Origin: Acidobacteriota bacterium
GTDB lineage: Bacteria; Acidobacteriota; UBA890; WLXD01
Assembly (NCBI GenBank): GCA_963666215.2
Contig: CAXWPL010000005.1
Location: forward strand, 1,546,013-1,610,012
Length of the DNA: 64,000 nucleotides
Reading direction: 5' to 3'
Both the position numbers and the translations under genes were made by a program. The notes under the pieces are model-generated. The model did no database searches. It had not been told where the DNA came from and saw only the letters and a list, made by a program, of their open reading frames with translations. Shown piece after piece: positions 41,052 to 52,242 of this stretch; the stretch's first letter is position 1; every line of letters starts with the position of its first letter.

Positions 41052-41080
41052 TTGACGGGAGCTCCTGAATGATCTATAGT
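41052..41080 (+). promoter_or_regulatory. Sigma70-type promoter of carD
   Basis: TTGACG-N17-TATAGT. Confidence 0.65.
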
Positions 41081-41171
41081 TCTGTTCCTAAGTCTTGTCC
41101 CTCCAATACTTTACTTTGAATCTCCCCGCCCGTCTCCTGGGCCCAACGCGTCGACATCGGAAAGGATTTCT

Positions 41172-41687
41172 GTGGCATTCAAGATAGGTCAGAAAATCGT
41201 GTATCCGAATCACGGGGTCGGCGTTGTCGAGAAGATCGAAGACGGGGATATTGCAGGTCTGGAGCAGACCTTCTACCACCTTCGTCTGCTCACGAACGAC
41301 TCGAAAGTCATGGTCCCGATCGACAACCTCGACCTGGTCGGTCTACGCAGCCTCGGTGGCAAAACAGAGATTCGCGACCTCTTCAAAGTTCTCGAGAACG
41401 GCGATATCGATACCTATAAAGACTGGAAGGGCCGCTACAAGCAGAATCTCGACAAGATGAAGACCGGGCGGCTCATCGACGTTGCTGAAGTGCTCAAGAA
41501 TCTGCGCTTGGTCAGTCAAAAGAAGAGTCTCTCCTTCCGCGAAAAGAAGATGTATGAGCGCGCCAAGCAGTTCATCGTCAGTGAGATATCCCATGTGCAG
41601 GACATGGAAGCCACCGATGCGGCGAAGAAGGTCGAGAAGTCTCTCGAGGAAAGCCTGGCCAAGAGGGTCCAGGCTGAGGCGAGCTAG
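41172..41687 (+). CDS. carD: CarD-family transcription factor
   Basis: FKIGQKIVYPNHGVG, WKGRY, LSFREKKMYERA. Confidence 0.9.
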   Translation: MAFKIGQKIVYPNHGVGVVEKIEDGDIAGLEQTFYHLRLLTNDSKVMVPIDNLDLVGLRSLGGKTEIRDLFKVLENGDIDTYKDWKGRYKQNLDKMKTGRLIDVAEVLKNLRLVSQKKSLSFREKKMYERAKQFIVSEISHVQDMEATDAAKKVEKSLEESLAKRVQAEAS

Positions 41688-41716
41688 GAGCCGAACGCCG
41701 GCCTCGAGACCGGAGC

Positions 41717-42025
41717 GTGACGAGACTCCTAGCGATCCTCCTGTTCCTGGTGCTCGCCTGGGTGGGGTTGCAGCGAGCGCTAGCCCGCTTTCGCCTGTCG
41801 CCCCTTGCACGTCAGCTCATCGCCATCTTCCGGGCCTTGAACGGAGCGCAGCGTCGTCAGCCGGGAGCCTCGCAAGGGCCGTCTTCGCCGCGAGCGGCTC
41901 CGGCGCAGCTGGTCCGTTGTCGGGTGTGCAGCACCCACATCCCCGCGGAGCGAGCGGTTCGGTCTCAAAGTGGGGAAGCCGCCTATTGCTCTGAGGAGTG
42001 CCTGCGCGAGGCGGCTGCCAGTTGA
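41717..42025 (+). CDS. Small membrane protein with a CxxC..YCS motif (PP0621-like)
   Basis: N-terminal TM; LVRCRVCSTHIP...YCSEEC. Confidence 0.7.
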   Translation: MTRLLAILLFLVLAWVGLQRALARFRLSPLARQLIAIFRALNGAQRRQPGASQGPSSPRAAPAQLVRCRVCSTHIPAERAVRSQSGEAAYCSEECLREAAAS

Positions 42026-44472
42026 GCGAGGTCGCGGCGGCCCCTTCACAGCCGGCCCGTTTCGCTGAAGTAGCGGTTCCGATTCCGCTTCACGGTGCCC
42101 TCACCTACGCCATTCCCGAGCCACTACTTGGCTTCGTTCAGCCAGGATGTCGCGTGCGAGTCCCGGTGGGGAAGCGACACCTCACCGGAATCGTAGTTGA
42201 CCTCGTGGATGCGGCGCCGGTCGCCATCGAGGAGGTGCGCGAGATCGAGGACCTCCTCGACCCGACCCCGGTCCTCACCGAGGAGATGCTGCGCCTCGCT
42301 GCCTTCGTTTCCGAGTACTACGTAGCGCCCTTGGGGGAGACCCTGCGTGGCGCGGTGCCCGCCCGCTTGCCGGCCTGGGGAGCGGCCCGCCTGCGGCTGA
42401 CTCGCAAGGGCGCCTTCCTGCCATCGAGCGACGAGGGAGACTTACCGATACTGCAGACCCTGCTCGAGATGGGAGAGCTGAGCCTCGCCGAGCTACGGCG
42501 GCGAATCAGCGCCCCCGACTTGGAGCGAAGGATCGAAGAGCTCAAGGAGCGCGGCCTGGTCTCCCTGGAGAGCAAGGAGGGCTCGAGGGGGCGCTACCGC
42601 AGCGCCGTGGAGCTACCCGCGGGCGTCCTCGCGGATCAGCTCGAAGCCTGCGGTAGGTCTCAGCAGGCGCGAGGGGTGGTCGAGTACCTTGCCAGCCTAG
42701 AGCGGCCCGCTACCGTCGACGAGGTCGTTCGCGAGGTCTCCTGCGGAGCCAGCGTAGTGCGCAGGTTGGTTCAGCTCAGGGTACTGCGCTCTTTCACCCA
42801 GCTCGAGCACGTGCCTCTGGATCGGCACCTCACGGCCGCCAAAGCGCGGATCGAGCACCAGCTCACCGACGAACAGGGGAGCGCGCTGGCGGCTCTCGAA
42901 GGCGCGATCGAGATCGGGGCGTACTGCGGATTTCTGCTTCGAGGCGTGACTGGATCCGGCAAGAGTGAGGTTTATCTGAGGGCAGCGAAGCGGGTTCTCG
43001 ACAAGGGTGGGGCTGTAATTCTGCTGGTCCCGGAAATCTCCCTGGTTCCGGCCCTTGCCTCCGAAGCCAAGGGGCGCTTTGGCGAGGAATTGGCGATTCT
43101 CCATTCAGCGCTCAGCGAAAGTGAGAAAGCTCAGGAGTGGGAACGGGCTCGATCGGGGAGAGCGCGAGTGGTCCTCGGGCCGCGTTCGGCGGTATTCGCA
43201 CCGGTTCCCAATCTGGGATTGGTGGTTGTCGACGAGGAGCACGACTCGTCTTTCAAGCAGGAGCACACCCCGCGCTACAACGCCAGAGACCTCGCACTGG
43301 TTCGAGCGCGGCAGGCGGGGGCAGTCTGTGTGCTGGTTTCGGCAACGCCCAGCTTGGAGAGTCGCTACAACGTAGAGAGCGCAAAACTGTCGGGCCTGGA
43401 CCTACCACGCCGAGTCGGAGGGGCGACCTTGCCGGAGGGCATCTTGGTGGACCTGAGGAAAGAGGCCACCGAAAGCCGAAAGCCCGGAGAGATCCAGTTC
43501 TCCGGCCGTCTCCTCGAAGAGATTGAGCGATCCCTGGCCGCGAAGGAGCAAATCATTCTTCTGCGCAACCGCCGGGGCTACGCTCCGGTCCTTCTTTGTC
43601 GGGCCTGCGGCGACAAGCTCGAGTGTGACGACTGCGGTCTGCCTCGAACCTTTCATCGCAGAGACAGTCGCCTGGTCTGCCACTACTGTGGCTCGACCCG
43701 AGGGGTGCCCGAGGTCTGCCCGAGCTGCGGAGAAAGAGCTTTCGAGCCTGTGGGCTCGGGGACCGAAAGGATCGAAGAACGCATCAAGGAGCTCTACCCC
43801 GGTGTGCCGATCGACGTGCTCGATCGCGATGCGAGTCGACGACCGGGTGGAGCCGCAGTGGTGTTGGATCGTTTCGGAGCAGGGGAGACCCGGATCCTGG
43901 TGGGCACCCAGATGGTGGCGAAGGGCCATCACTTCCCTGGAGTCGCTCTGACCGCGGTGCTTTCGGCCGATAGTTATCTTGGCTTCCCGGACTTTCGGGC
44001 AGTGGAGAGGACCTATTCTCTTCTCACCCAGCTGGCCGGACGGGCGGGCCGAGGGACAACGCCGGGTCGAGTGGTGGTGCAGACCTACTACCCCGACCAC
44101 TACGCCATCAAGGCGGCGCTTCGCCACGACGATCGCTCCTTCGCGGCCGAAGAGAGGCGCTTTCGGGAGACCTTCGGCTACCCCCCCTTCTCGCGCATGC
44201 TCCAAGTGATCATTCGCGGGCGCAACCGCCAGTCGACTCGTGAGAAGGTCCAGGCCTTCGCTCAACGCCTTCGTGCCCACCCGCTGGCACGCGAGACGCG
44301 CATCTCGGGGCCCGCTCCGGCACCGTTGGAAAGGTTGAAGGGCTACTGGCGCTTTCAGCTACTGTTGCGGCACGGCTCGAGCCGCCGGCTGCGCGAGCTG
44401 GTGACAGCGACAATGCCAGAGGACCAGCGCGCCAATGTGGTGATCGACGTCGACCCACAGGATCTGTTCTAG
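42022..44472 (+). CDS. priA: Primosomal protein N'
   Basis: GVTGSGKSEVY, VDEEHD, four CxxC, GTQMVAKG, IDVDP. Confidence 0.95.
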   Translation: MSEVAAAPSQPARFAEVAVPIPLHGALTYAIPEPLLGFVQPGCRVRVPVGKRHLTGIVVDLVDAAPVAIEEVREIEDLLDPTPVLTEEMLRLAAFVSEYYVAPLGETLRGAVPARLPAWGAARLRLTRKGAFLPSSDEGDLPILQTLLEMGELSLAELRRRISAPDLERRIEELKERGLVSLESKEGSRGRYRSAVELPAGVLADQLEACGRSQQARGVVEYLASLERPATVDEVVREVSCGASVVRRLVQLRVLRSFTQLEHVPLDRHLTAAKARIEHQLTDEQGSALAALEGAIEIGAYCGFLLRGVTGSGKSEVYLRAAKRVLDKGGAVILLVPEISLVPALASEAKGRFGEELAILHSALSESEKAQEWERARSGRARVVLGPRSAVFAPVPNLGLVVVDEEHDSSFKQEHTPRYNARDLALVRARQAGAVCVLVSATPSLESRYNVESAKLSGLDLPRRVGGATLPEGILVDLRKEATESRKPGEIQFSGRLLEEIERSLAAKEQIILLRNRRGYAPVLLCRACGDKLECDDCGLPRTFHRRDSRLVCHYCGSTRGVPEVCPSCGERAFEPVGSGTERIEERIKELYPGVPIDVLDRDASRRPGGAAVVLDRFGAGETRILVGTQMVAKGHHFPGVALTAVLSADSYLGFPDFRAVERTYSLLTQLAGRAGRGTTPGRVVVQTYYPDHYAIKAALRHDDRSFAAEERRFRETFGYPPFSRMLQVIIRGRNRQSTREKVQAFAQRLRAHPLARETRISGPAPAPLERLKGYWRFQLLLRHGSSRRLRELVTATMPEDQRANVVIDVDPQDLF

Positions 44473-44520
44473 GCGGCCACCAGAGCCTTCCGCAACGGCG
44501 ATCGCTCGATCGCGATCGTT

Positions 44521-44847
44521 TTGCTGGTTGACCCTCCTTTCTTTCGGCGTTCTCGGAGAGGAGTTGAGCTGGGGACAGCGTATCTTCGGATGGTCGACGC
44601 CGGCGTCCTGGCACGAGCTCAACTACCAGGCGTCTCGGTCCTCATCGGGCGTCGGCTCGATCTCGGTGGCCTCGCCCCCGGTCCCGAGCTACTGATCCCC
44701 GCCGCGACGGTGCTCGTCGCCAACTACGGATTCGATGCCAGACTCGTCGAGGCGGAGGTTACGGAGCTCCAGCTCTTCCTCTGCCTCGCTCTCTACGCGG
44801 CGCATCAGTGGCGACTTCGGAAGCTCGGCGATCGCTCGGCTCCTTGA
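44521..44847 (+). CDS. Hypothetical protein
   Basis: ORF filling the priA-accA gap; no recognised motif. Confidence 0.35.
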   Translation: MLVDPPFFRRSRRGVELGTAYLRMVDAGVLARAQLPGVSVLIGRRLDLGGLAPGPELLIPAATVLVANYGFDARLVEAEVTELQLFLCLALYAAHQWRLRKLGDRSAP

Positions 44848-44879
44848 CCTGTGATCCAGGCGCTTGCTAACTTGCCCGC

Positions 44880-45833
44880 GTGGCGGAACATAGCCCAGCG
44901 TTCGACGCACCCCTGAGCGATCTGCGCAAGCGTATCGAGGAGCTCGAGGCCTACCCGGCGGCAGCGGGGGCGGAGCGCGAGCTGGAGAAATTGCGTAAAG
45001 AGCTGCGGCGGAGCACGAGGGAGGCCTACCATGGCCTGAGCGCTTGGGAAAAGACTCGCATCGCCCGCGACTTCGAGCGCCCCTATACTCTCGATTTCGT
45101 CAGCGGTTTGATGTCCGACTGGGTAGAGCTGCACGGAGACCGAGCCTTCGGCGACGACACCTCCATGATCTCGGGTCTTGCCACTTTTCGAGGCCGCTCC
45201 ATCGCGGTCGTGGGCCACGAGAAGGGACGAGGCACGACCGAACGCATTCACCGCAACTTCGGCCAGGCCCGACCTGAGGGTCACCGCAAGGCGCTGCGAG
45301 TGATGGAGCTCGCCGCTCGTTTCGGACTGCCGATCGTTTCTTTCATCGACACCCCCGGTGCCTACCCGGGTATGGGAGCAGAGGAGCGGGGGCAAGCCGA
45401 GAGCATCGCTCGTAACCTCATCGAGATGGCGGGGCTTCCGGTTCCGATCGTCGCCGTCATCACCGGCGAAGGTTGGAGTGGCGGCGCACTGGCGCTGGCG
45501 GTCGCCGATCGAATCTTGATGCTCGAATACGCGGTCCACTCGGTCATCACTCCCGAGGGTTGTGCTGCGATTCTTTGGCGCGATCAAGAGAAGAAGACCG
45601 AAGCCGCCGAAGCTCTCAAGATCACCGGGCCCGACCTGGTGGACCTCGGAGTCATCGACGAAGTGGTCCCCGAGCCCCTCGGTGGCGCTCAGGCGGACCA
45701 CGCGGAGGCCTGCCTGCTGCTCGGCGACCGCTTGGACGCCCAGCTCCGCAAGCTCGAGAGCCTCGACCCACAGAGGCTTCTCGACCGCCGTTATCGGAAG
45801 TACCGCGAGATCGGCAGCTTCAACGAGAGGTAG
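44880..45833 (+). CDS. accA: Acetyl-CoA carboxylase carboxyltransferase alpha
   Basis: ELHGDRAFGDD, FIDTPGAYPG, AEERGQ, SVITPEGCAAILW. Confidence 0.95.
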   Translation: MAEHSPAFDAPLSDLRKRIEELEAYPAAAGAERELEKLRKELRRSTREAYHGLSAWEKTRIARDFERPYTLDFVSGLMSDWVELHGDRAFGDDTSMISGLATFRGRSIAVVGHEKGRGTTERIHRNFGQARPEGHRKALRVMELAARFGLPIVSFIDTPGAYPGMGAEERGQAESIARNLIEMAGLPVPIVAVITGEGWSGGALALAVADRILMLEYAVHSVITPEGCAAILWRDQEKKTEAAEALKITGPDLVDLGVIDEVVPEPLGGAQADHAEACLLLGDRLDAQLRKLESLDPQRLLDRRYRKYREIGSFNER

Positions 45834-45836
45834 GTC

Positions 45837-47516
45837 GTTACGCTCGCTGACGATTGGTCGCAAAAGCCGACTCCCCCCGAGACGGCTCGGCTTCTCGCCG
45901 AAGGCATAGCGGCCCGTCTGGCGCCGCTTCTCGCTCGCCGCGGCATTCACGATGCCGAGGCGGCGCGAAGCTTCTTTGATCCCTCTATTTCGGGGCTCCA
46001 CGACCCATTTTTGCTGCACGGCATGAACGAGTCCGTCGAGCGGCTCTTTCAGGCCCGGGAGCAGGGCGAGCGGGTTGCTATCGTCGGTGACTACGATGTA
46101 GATGGGGTCAGCGGAACTGCGCTCCTAGTGGCGGTTCTGAGCGCCTGTGGAATTGCTGTCGAGGCGATCCTTCCGAACCGGCTGGTCGACGGCTACGGCT
46201 TTCGGGCCCCTCAGGTAGAGCGCGCCAAGGAGGCTGGCTGCAGCGTCATCGTTACCGTGGATTGCGGGACCACTTCAGCGCCGGCGGTGGCGATGGCTCG
46301 CGAGGAAGGTCTCGAGGTGATCATTACCGATCACCATCTCCCGTCTTCCGACCTACCCACGGAGACTCTCCAGATCAACCCTCGGCAGCAGGAGTGTAGC
46401 TACCCGTTCGCCGATCTCTCGGGAGCGGGCCTAGCGCTCAAACTGGCGCAGGCGGTGGCGCATAGGTGCGGTCGCGATACTCCGATCGAGCCACTCCTGC
46501 GAGTCGCCTGCCTTGGCACCATTGCCGATTTGGTTCCACTCGTGGGCGAGAATCGAATCATCGCCTCGCTCGGACTCAAGGCTCTCGAGCAGACTCGATC
46601 ACTCGGTCTTCGCGCGCTGATGCGAATCTCGCGAGTACGCCCACCTTTTCGCGCTTCCGACGTCGGATTTCGGCTCGGCCCGCGCCTCAATGCCGCCGGC
46701 CGCCTCCGCCGCCCCGACGAAGCGCTCGAGCTGCTGCTCACTCGCGACGAAGATCGAGCGAACCGACTGGCGGAGGAGCTCGACCAGTGCAACACCGAGC
46801 GCCGCGCCGAAGAGGTCAAGGCGGCGTCTGAAGCTCATAAGCTCTTCGCCGAAAGGGATCCGCTTCCTCAGATCCTGGTCGGATGGAGCGAGACTTGGCA
46901 TCGGGGTGTGGTTGGAATCGCTGCTTCGCGCATCGCCAGGGCCTTTCACCGCCCGACGGTGTTGCTCGCGATCGACGGAGACGAGGCCGTCGGCTCGGGC
47001 CGTAGCGTTCCAGGCATCTCACTCCATGCTTTCTTGGTCCAGTGGGAAGAGGAGCTCGAGCGTTTCGGCGGTCATGCCCAGGCGATCGGAATGAGTGTCG
47101 CCGTCGACAAACTCGAAAGTCTTCGCGAGCACTGGGAGAGCGTGGCCGACTGGCCCGAAGAACTGTTGCGGCGGCGAGAGCACTACGAGCTCGAGCTTGA
47201 CCCGTCCGAGGTCAATGAAGAGCTGCTCGCCGAGCTTCGCTCTTTCGAGCCTCATGGCATGGACAATCCACAGCCGATACTGCGCGTGGGGCCCCTGACT
47301 GCGACGAGCCCGCCAAGAGAGTTCGGGAGGGGGCATCTCAAACTGCGTGCGACCGGCGATAGCGGCGGCGAGGTCAATCTTCTCTGCTGGAAGCGCGAAG
47401 GTCAGCCGGCCCCAGATTTTTCTGGGCGCTTCGAAGTGCTTGCCCGCCTAGAGTGGGATTCCTACGCTCGAGCACCGGTACTCGAGATACAGGCCGCACG
47501 ACCGCTGGGTGGATAG
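45837..47516 (+). CDS. recJ: ssDNA exonuclease RecJ; start uncertain
   Basis: GDYDVDG, TVDCG, ITDHH, GTIADLVPL, GPRLNAAGR, FGGH; N-terminal LLARRGI..LHDPFLL lies upstream of the ORF-track start. Confidence 0.9.
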   Translation, partial: VTLADDWSQKPTPPETARLLAEGIAARLAPLLARRGIHDAEAARSFFDPSISGLHDPFLLHGMNESVERLFQAREQGERVAIVGDYDVDGVSGTALLVAVLSACGIAVEAILPNRLVDGYGFRAPQVERAKEAGCSVIVTVDCGTTSAPAVAMAREEGLEVIITDHHLPSSDLPTETLQINPRQQECSYPFADLSGAGLALKLAQAVAHRCGRDTPIEPLLRVACLGTIADLVPLVGENRIIASLGLKALEQTRSLGLRALMRISRVRPPFRASDVGFRLGPRLNAAGRLRRPDEALELLLTRDEDRANRLAEELDQCNTERRAEEVKAASEAHKLFAERDPLPQILVGWSETWHRGVVGIAASRIARAFHRPTVLLAIDGDEAVGSGRSVPGISLHAFLVQWEEELERFGGHAQAIGMSVAVDKLESLREHWESVADWPEELLRRREHYELELDPSEVNEELLAELRSFEPHGMDNPQPILRVGPLTATSPPREFGRGHLKLRATGDSGGEVNLLCWKREGQPAPDFSGRFEVLARLEWDSYARAPVLEIQAARPLGG

Positions 47517-47525
47517 AATCAGCTT

Positions 47526-49544
47526 GTGTCTGCGCGATCGCATCAGATTGTCATCCGACTGCTACGGGGATCTCTAGCGCTGGGGTTTCTGTGCTTCCTC
47601 GGAGTGGTCGGTCTCTATCTCTTTGGAAGGACGGGCCGTCCCGAATCAGCTGAGCAGATCAATCGCACGAACTCCTCATCCAGCGACACCGAGTTTGCCA
47701 TTCGGACCGAAGGTTTCGAGTTCGCGCTGACTCGTGGAAATCAGGTGGTCTTCGAGATCGAGGGCGGAGAGCAGGTGACCGGTCGCGACGGCAAGGTGCA
47801 CCTCAAAGAAGTAGCCATTTCGATTGCCCGCAAGGACGGGATGTACAAAGTGGAAGGAGCCGAGGCTCTGTTCAATCCGGATACCAACGACGCGCGTCTC
47901 GAGGGCAACGTCGTCGTTCGCGGACCTCGCGGGCTGAGGGTCGAGACCGACTGGCTCGACCTTGGCGAAGGAGGCCGCAGCCTCCACGCCAGGAATGGAG
48001 TCCGTTTCCGCTCCGAGGACGGGATCGAGGGCAGCTCAGACGAACTGCGCGCCGATCTCGAGGGAAGGGCGATGGAGATGGCAGGCAACGTCGTGGTCAG
48101 CAGCACCTCGCAGGCCCAAACGCCTTTCAGGTTGGAAGCCCGTGAGCTTTCGATGATGCAGGGTGGCTCATCGCTCAATGCTCGCGGAGACGTGACCCTG
48201 ATCAGTCGCGGCGATCGCATGCTCGCCCAGCGGCTGAACATTCTTCTAGACCCCGACACTCGAGAGGTCACATTGCTGCGATTTCGGTCGCAGGTGCGGG
48301 GCCAGTTGGTTTCTTGGAAGGCGGGGCAGGTGAGTGGGAAGGCCGCCGCGGGAGCGCTCGCGCTGCGAGGTACATCCCTGACTCTCCGCTTCGACGCGGT
48401 GAGTGGAGAACCCACCGAATTCGAGCTCCACGGTCTGAGAAGGAGACCGGCACTGGTGCGACAAGTGCAACCCAATGGCAGAGTGTCGAGCCTCAGTGTC
48501 GGTGCGATGACCTCCACCCTGATCGGCGGGGTCCTCACTCAAGCCCAGCTTTCGGGCCCGGTCGAGATCGTCGAGCGTGGCGCCGGAGGCGAGCAGAGAA
48601 AGGCACAGGCCCTCGACGGCGAGGTGCGTTTCGACCCGGATACCGGAGACATCTCCGGCCTGACGTTGGTCGGCGAAGTGGTCATCGAGGACGAGGAGAT
48701 CTTGGCCTGGGGAGATCGTGCCTATCTCACCGCGAACGGAGAGGATGTGGAGATACTGGGCAGCCCGTGCAGAATCGAGCATTCTCGAGGTGAGCTCGAG
48801 AGTCCTCGGGCTGTATTTCGCAAAAGTGCGGGAGTCCTGCGCGCGCAAGAGGGTGTGACGACGATCCTCCGCGCCGGCAACGAAGCCAGCGGACTCCGAC
48901 TGGGCGCCGGGGGAGGGGACGAGCCGGTTCACGTGCAGTCCGAAGAGGCGATCTGGCACACCGCGGACGAGCAGGTCGTCTTTACCCGTTCGGTTCGCGC
49001 CTGGCAGGGGACTAACACGATCTTCGCCGATCAGCTCCGCGGCGAGCCGCGGGCCGGGCGAATGTCGGCGAGCGGCAATGTGCGCACTCTGTGGCAACCT
49101 CCCGAGGAGGAAGACGGTAACGCCGAGGTCGACGAGGATCCGGAGCCTACCGGTCCCATGAACATTACCTCCGATGAGATGACGTACCGAGAAGGAGACG
49201 GTGAGCTGATCTATACCGGTTCGGTACACGCGGAGCAGGCGTGGACCTCGTTGCGGTGCGAGACGCTCCGTGTCCTTCTCGATGAGGAGGGTGAGACCCG
49301 CGAGCTCTACTGCGAGGAGGCAGTCCGCATCGACGACACCCGCAACGGCCGCATCCTCGAAGGAGACGAGGCGGTCTACGACCCCTCGACCTTGATGGTT
49401 CAGGTCTATGGCAATCCGCTGAAGATGACCGATCGCGAGGGCGGCAAGGTCGAGGGCGGCCGCCACTTCATCTACGACCTCGAGAACGGAAAGCTTCGTC
49501 TCAGCTCGAAGGAAAGAGGCGCTTCAGAGGTAGCGACGCCATGA
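47526..49544 (+). CDS. lptC: LptC/LptA (OstA-like) LPS transport periplasmic protein
   Basis: N-terminal TM, repeated beta-jellyroll segments (LEGNVVV, ASGNVRT, YTGSVHA); directly upstream of lptB. Confidence 0.75.
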   Translation: MSARSHQIVIRLLRGSLALGFLCFLGVVGLYLFGRTGRPESAEQINRTNSSSSDTEFAIRTEGFEFALTRGNQVVFEIEGGEQVTGRDGKVHLKEVAISIARKDGMYKVEGAEALFNPDTNDARLEGNVVVRGPRGLRVETDWLDLGEGGRSLHARNGVRFRSEDGIEGSSDELRADLEGRAMEMAGNVVVSSTSQAQTPFRLEARELSMMQGGSSLNARGDVTLISRGDRMLAQRLNILLDPDTREVTLLRFRSQVRGQLVSWKAGQVSGKAAAGALALRGTSLTLRFDAVSGEPTEFELHGLRRRPALVRQVQPNGRVSSLSVGAMTSTLIGGVLTQAQLSGPVEIVERGAGGEQRKAQALDGEVRFDPDTGDISGLTLVGEVVIEDEEILAWGDRAYLTANGEDVEILGSPCRIEHSRGELESPRAVFRKSAGVLRAQEGVTTILRAGNEASGLRLGAGGGDEPVHVQSEEAIWHTADEQVVFTRSVRAWQGTNTIFADQLRGEPRAGRMSASGNVRTLWQPPEEEDGNAEVDEDPEPTGPMNITSDEMTYREGDGELIYTGSVHAEQAWTSLRCETLRVLLDEEGETRELYCEEAVRIDDTRNGRILEGDEAVYDPSTLMVQVYGNPLKMTDREGGKVEGGRHFIYDLENGKLRLSSKERGASEVATP

Positions 49545-50269
49545 CGAGCGGCTCGTTGAGCGCCGAGGGCTTGCGAAAGGTCTATCGGGGGAAAGTGGCG
49601 GTCGACGACGTCTCGCTCGAGATCAACCTCGGCGAAATTGTCGGTCTCTTGGGTCCGAACGGCGCCGGAAAGACCACTACCTTCTATATGGTCGTCGGTC
49701 TCACGCCGCCAGACGCAGGCAAGGTCATACTGAACGGTGAAGACATCACCACCTTGCCGATGTACCTCCGAGCCAAACAGGGAATCAGCTATCTGCCGCA
49801 GGAGCCCTCGGTCTTTAGGCGGATGACGGTGGAGGACAACCTGAGAGCGATTTTCGAGATTCTGGATCTGAGCGCTCAAGAGCGTCGGCGCCGCACCGAG
49901 CAGCTACTGCAGGATTTCGGGCTCGCTCGCGTGCGCGACAATCTGGGACACAATCTGTCCGGCGGCGAGCGGCGGCGGGTAGAGATCGCGAGGGCCCTGG
50001 CGATCAATCCGAGCTACCTGCTCCTCGACGAACCCTTTGCCGGCATCGATCCCATCGCCGTGGAGGACATTCAAGGTATTATCGAACACTTGAAGTCGAT
50101 TGGAATCGGCGTTCTGATCACCGATCACAATGTCCGCGAGACCCTGAAGATCACCGACCGCGCATACATCATCAACAATGGCAAGATTCTACGAAGCGGC
50201 GCCCCCCAAGACCTCTCGCAGGACCCGGAAGTGCGAAAGATCTACCTGGGCGATGACTTCACCCTGTAG
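49541..50269 (+). CDS. lptB: LPS export ABC ATPase
   Basis: [45 protein letters not shown]. Confidence 0.95.
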   Translation: MTSGSLSAEGLRKVYRGKVAVDDVSLEINLGEIVGLLGPNGAGKTTTFYMVVGLTPPDAGKVILNGEDITTLPMYLRAKQGISYLPQEPSVFRRMTVEDNLRAIFEILDLSAQERRRRTEQLLQDFGLARVRDNLGHNLSGGERRRVEIARALAINPSYLLLDEPFAGIDPIAVEDIQGIIEHLKSIGIGVLITDHNVRETLKITDRAYIINNGKILRSGAPQDLSQDPEVRKIYLGDDFTL

Positions 50270-50290
50270 TCGCTAGCCTCGACGAGGCTC

Positions 50291-51760
50291 ATGGCTCTCG
50301 AACAGAAACTATCCCTCAAGCTGCATCAACGACTGGTGATGACGCCGTCGCTTCAGCAGGCGATCAAGCTGCTGCAGATGACGCGGATGGAGCTTGAAGG
50401 GGCGGTCAGCCAGGAGCTTGAGGAGAATCCCGTCCTCGAAGAGCAAGAGGACGGGCCTGAAGAGGAAGAGACGCCGGAGCCCGAGACCGCTGCCGATGGG
50501 ACCCCGGAGGAGAGCGCGGCGGAGGCCGAGGTCGCGGAGCGTGAGTCGATGGAAGACATCGATATCGAGGCTTACTTTCGTGACTATATCGAGAGCTCTT
50601 CCACGCCGAACAACTACGAGGAAAGGGAGGCGACGGGCCTCGAGAACCGAGTCACTCGTGAGCCGGATCTCTACGATCATCTGCTGTGGCAATTGCACAT
50701 GTCGGAGGCGGACCCGGCGACCCGTCAGATCGGCGAGCTGCTGATCGGGAATCTGGAGCCCGACGGTTTTCTGGTAGCCACGCTCGAAGAGATCAAGGCG
50801 ATGGGGAATGAGAACGGTACCAAGCAGTTCTCCGACGAACAGATCGAGGCCGCCGAGCAGCTTCTCCAGAGCTTCGATCCACCGGGCGTGGGGTGCCGTA
50901 CTCTGCGTGAGAGCCTGCTTATCCAACTCGACTTCGCCGGTGAAGAGGAAGACTCCCTTGCCATGGTCATCGTTCGAGACCACTGGGAGCTCTTCCTCAA
51001 ACGTCACTTCCAGGCCCTGGCAAAGACGCTAGTGGTTCCTCTCCGCGATCTCGAGCCCATAGTGGAGGCGATCCGCTGTCTCGAGACCCATCCCGGACGC
51101 CGCTTCAGTACTGAGCGCACGCACTACGTCGAGCCTGACGTGCTGATCGTCAAACTGGATGGCGAGTACGTCATCCAGCTCAACGACGACGGTCTTCCAC
51201 GCCTCCGGGTCTCGCACCACTACCGCCGCCTTCTCCAGCAGTGGCGCTCAGGCAAGCGCCAGTCCGAGGCCCAGCAATACGTCAAGGAGAAGATGCGCTC
51301 AGCGATCTGGTTGATCAAGAGTCTCGATCAACGCCAGCGAACGATATACAAAGTCGCTGAATCCATTGTGCGCCAGCAGCGCGACTTTCTTGACCGTGGG
51401 CTGGATCACCTGAGGCCGATGGTCCTACGCGACGTCGCAGATGACATCGATATGCACGAGTCGACGGTCAGTCGCGTCGTGTCGAACAAATACATTCATA
51501 CGCCGCGCGGGCTCTTTCCGATGAAGTTCTTCTTCCACAGCGGCATCGATCGCGAGTACGGCGAGAGCATCTCTTCGCTTATTGTAAAGCGTAAGATCGG
51601 CGCCCTAATCCAAGGTGAGCAGCCAAAACGGCCGCTGTCGGATAGCGAGTTGATGAGAGCGCTCAATCGAGAGGGCATTCATATCGCACGACGCACCGTC
51701 GCCAAGTATCGCGACGAGCTCGGCATCGCTTCATCGACAGATCGAAAGCAGATTTTTTGA
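50291..51760 (+). CDS. rpoN: RNA polymerase sigma-54
   Basis: LQQAIKLLQM, HESTVSRV, RpoN box ARRTVAKYR. Confidence 0.97.
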   Translation: MALEQKLSLKLHQRLVMTPSLQQAIKLLQMTRMELEGAVSQELEENPVLEEQEDGPEEEETPEPETAADGTPEESAAEAEVAERESMEDIDIEAYFRDYIESSSTPNNYEEREATGLENRVTREPDLYDHLLWQLHMSEADPATRQIGELLIGNLEPDGFLVATLEEIKAMGNENGTKQFSDEQIEAAEQLLQSFDPPGVGCRTLRESLLIQLDFAGEEEDSLAMVIVRDHWELFLKRHFQALAKTLVVPLRDLEPIVEAIRCLETHPGRRFSTERTHYVEPDVLIVKLDGEYVIQLNDDGLPRLRVSHHYRRLLQQWRSGKRQSEAQQYVKEKMRSAIWLIKSLDQRQRTIYKVAESIVRQQRDFLDRGLDHLRPMVLRDVADDIDMHESTVSRVVSNKYIHTPRGLFPMKFFFHSGIDREYGESISSLIVKRKIGALIQGEQPKRPLSDSELMRALNREGIHIARRTVAKYRDELGIASSTDRKQIF

Positions 51761-52242
51761 AATTGACGAACTCGCCGAATCTCGACGTCCTCCTCGACCC
51801 CGCTCACGTCTTCCCTGACCTTCACGGCGAGGACAAGAGCGGCATCCTGCTCAGCCTGTCCTGTGAGCTCGAGAAGCTTGGCGCCGTTCCGAGCTCAGAA
51901 GAGCTCTATCGCAAGCTGCTCGAGCGTGAAGAGCTCGGCTCTACCGCGGTCGGCCAAGGCGTCGCCATACCTCACTGTAAGCTCTCCGAGCTCGACAAAG
52001 TCGTGATGGCGGTGGGCTTGGTCCCGGAGGGTGTGGCGCTGGAGACCCCAGACAGCGAGCCGGTGCGCGTCTTCTTTCTCCTCGCGTCTCCTGAAGCCTC
52101 GCCCAGCGCACATCTGCAGGGCCTGGCGACCATCTCGAAATGGCTCAAGAACGGCGACAACGTGGACCGGATCCAGAGGGCAACCTCCAAGGAGGACTTG
52201 TTCGCCTGTCTATCCGAGGACGCCGGAGAGGGCGGTGAGTGA
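51757..52242 (+). CDS. ptsN: PTS EIIA (Ntr-type)
   Basis: EREELGSTAVGQGVAIPH. Confidence 0.88.
   Translation: MKLTNSPNLDVLLDPAHVFPDLHGEDKSGILLSLSCELEKLGAVPSSEELYRKLLEREELGSTAVGQGVAIPHCKLSELDKVVMAVGLVPEGVALETPDSEPVRVFFLLASPEASPSAHLQGLATISKWLKNGDNVDRIQRATSKEDLFACLSEDAGEGGE

Noticed and set aside
13595-45833. Genome-wide TAG reassignment (sulfatase amber; open frames after the priA and accA stops)
   Set aside because: priA, accA, carD and lptB end at TAG exactly at their normal C-termini, so TAG works as a stop.
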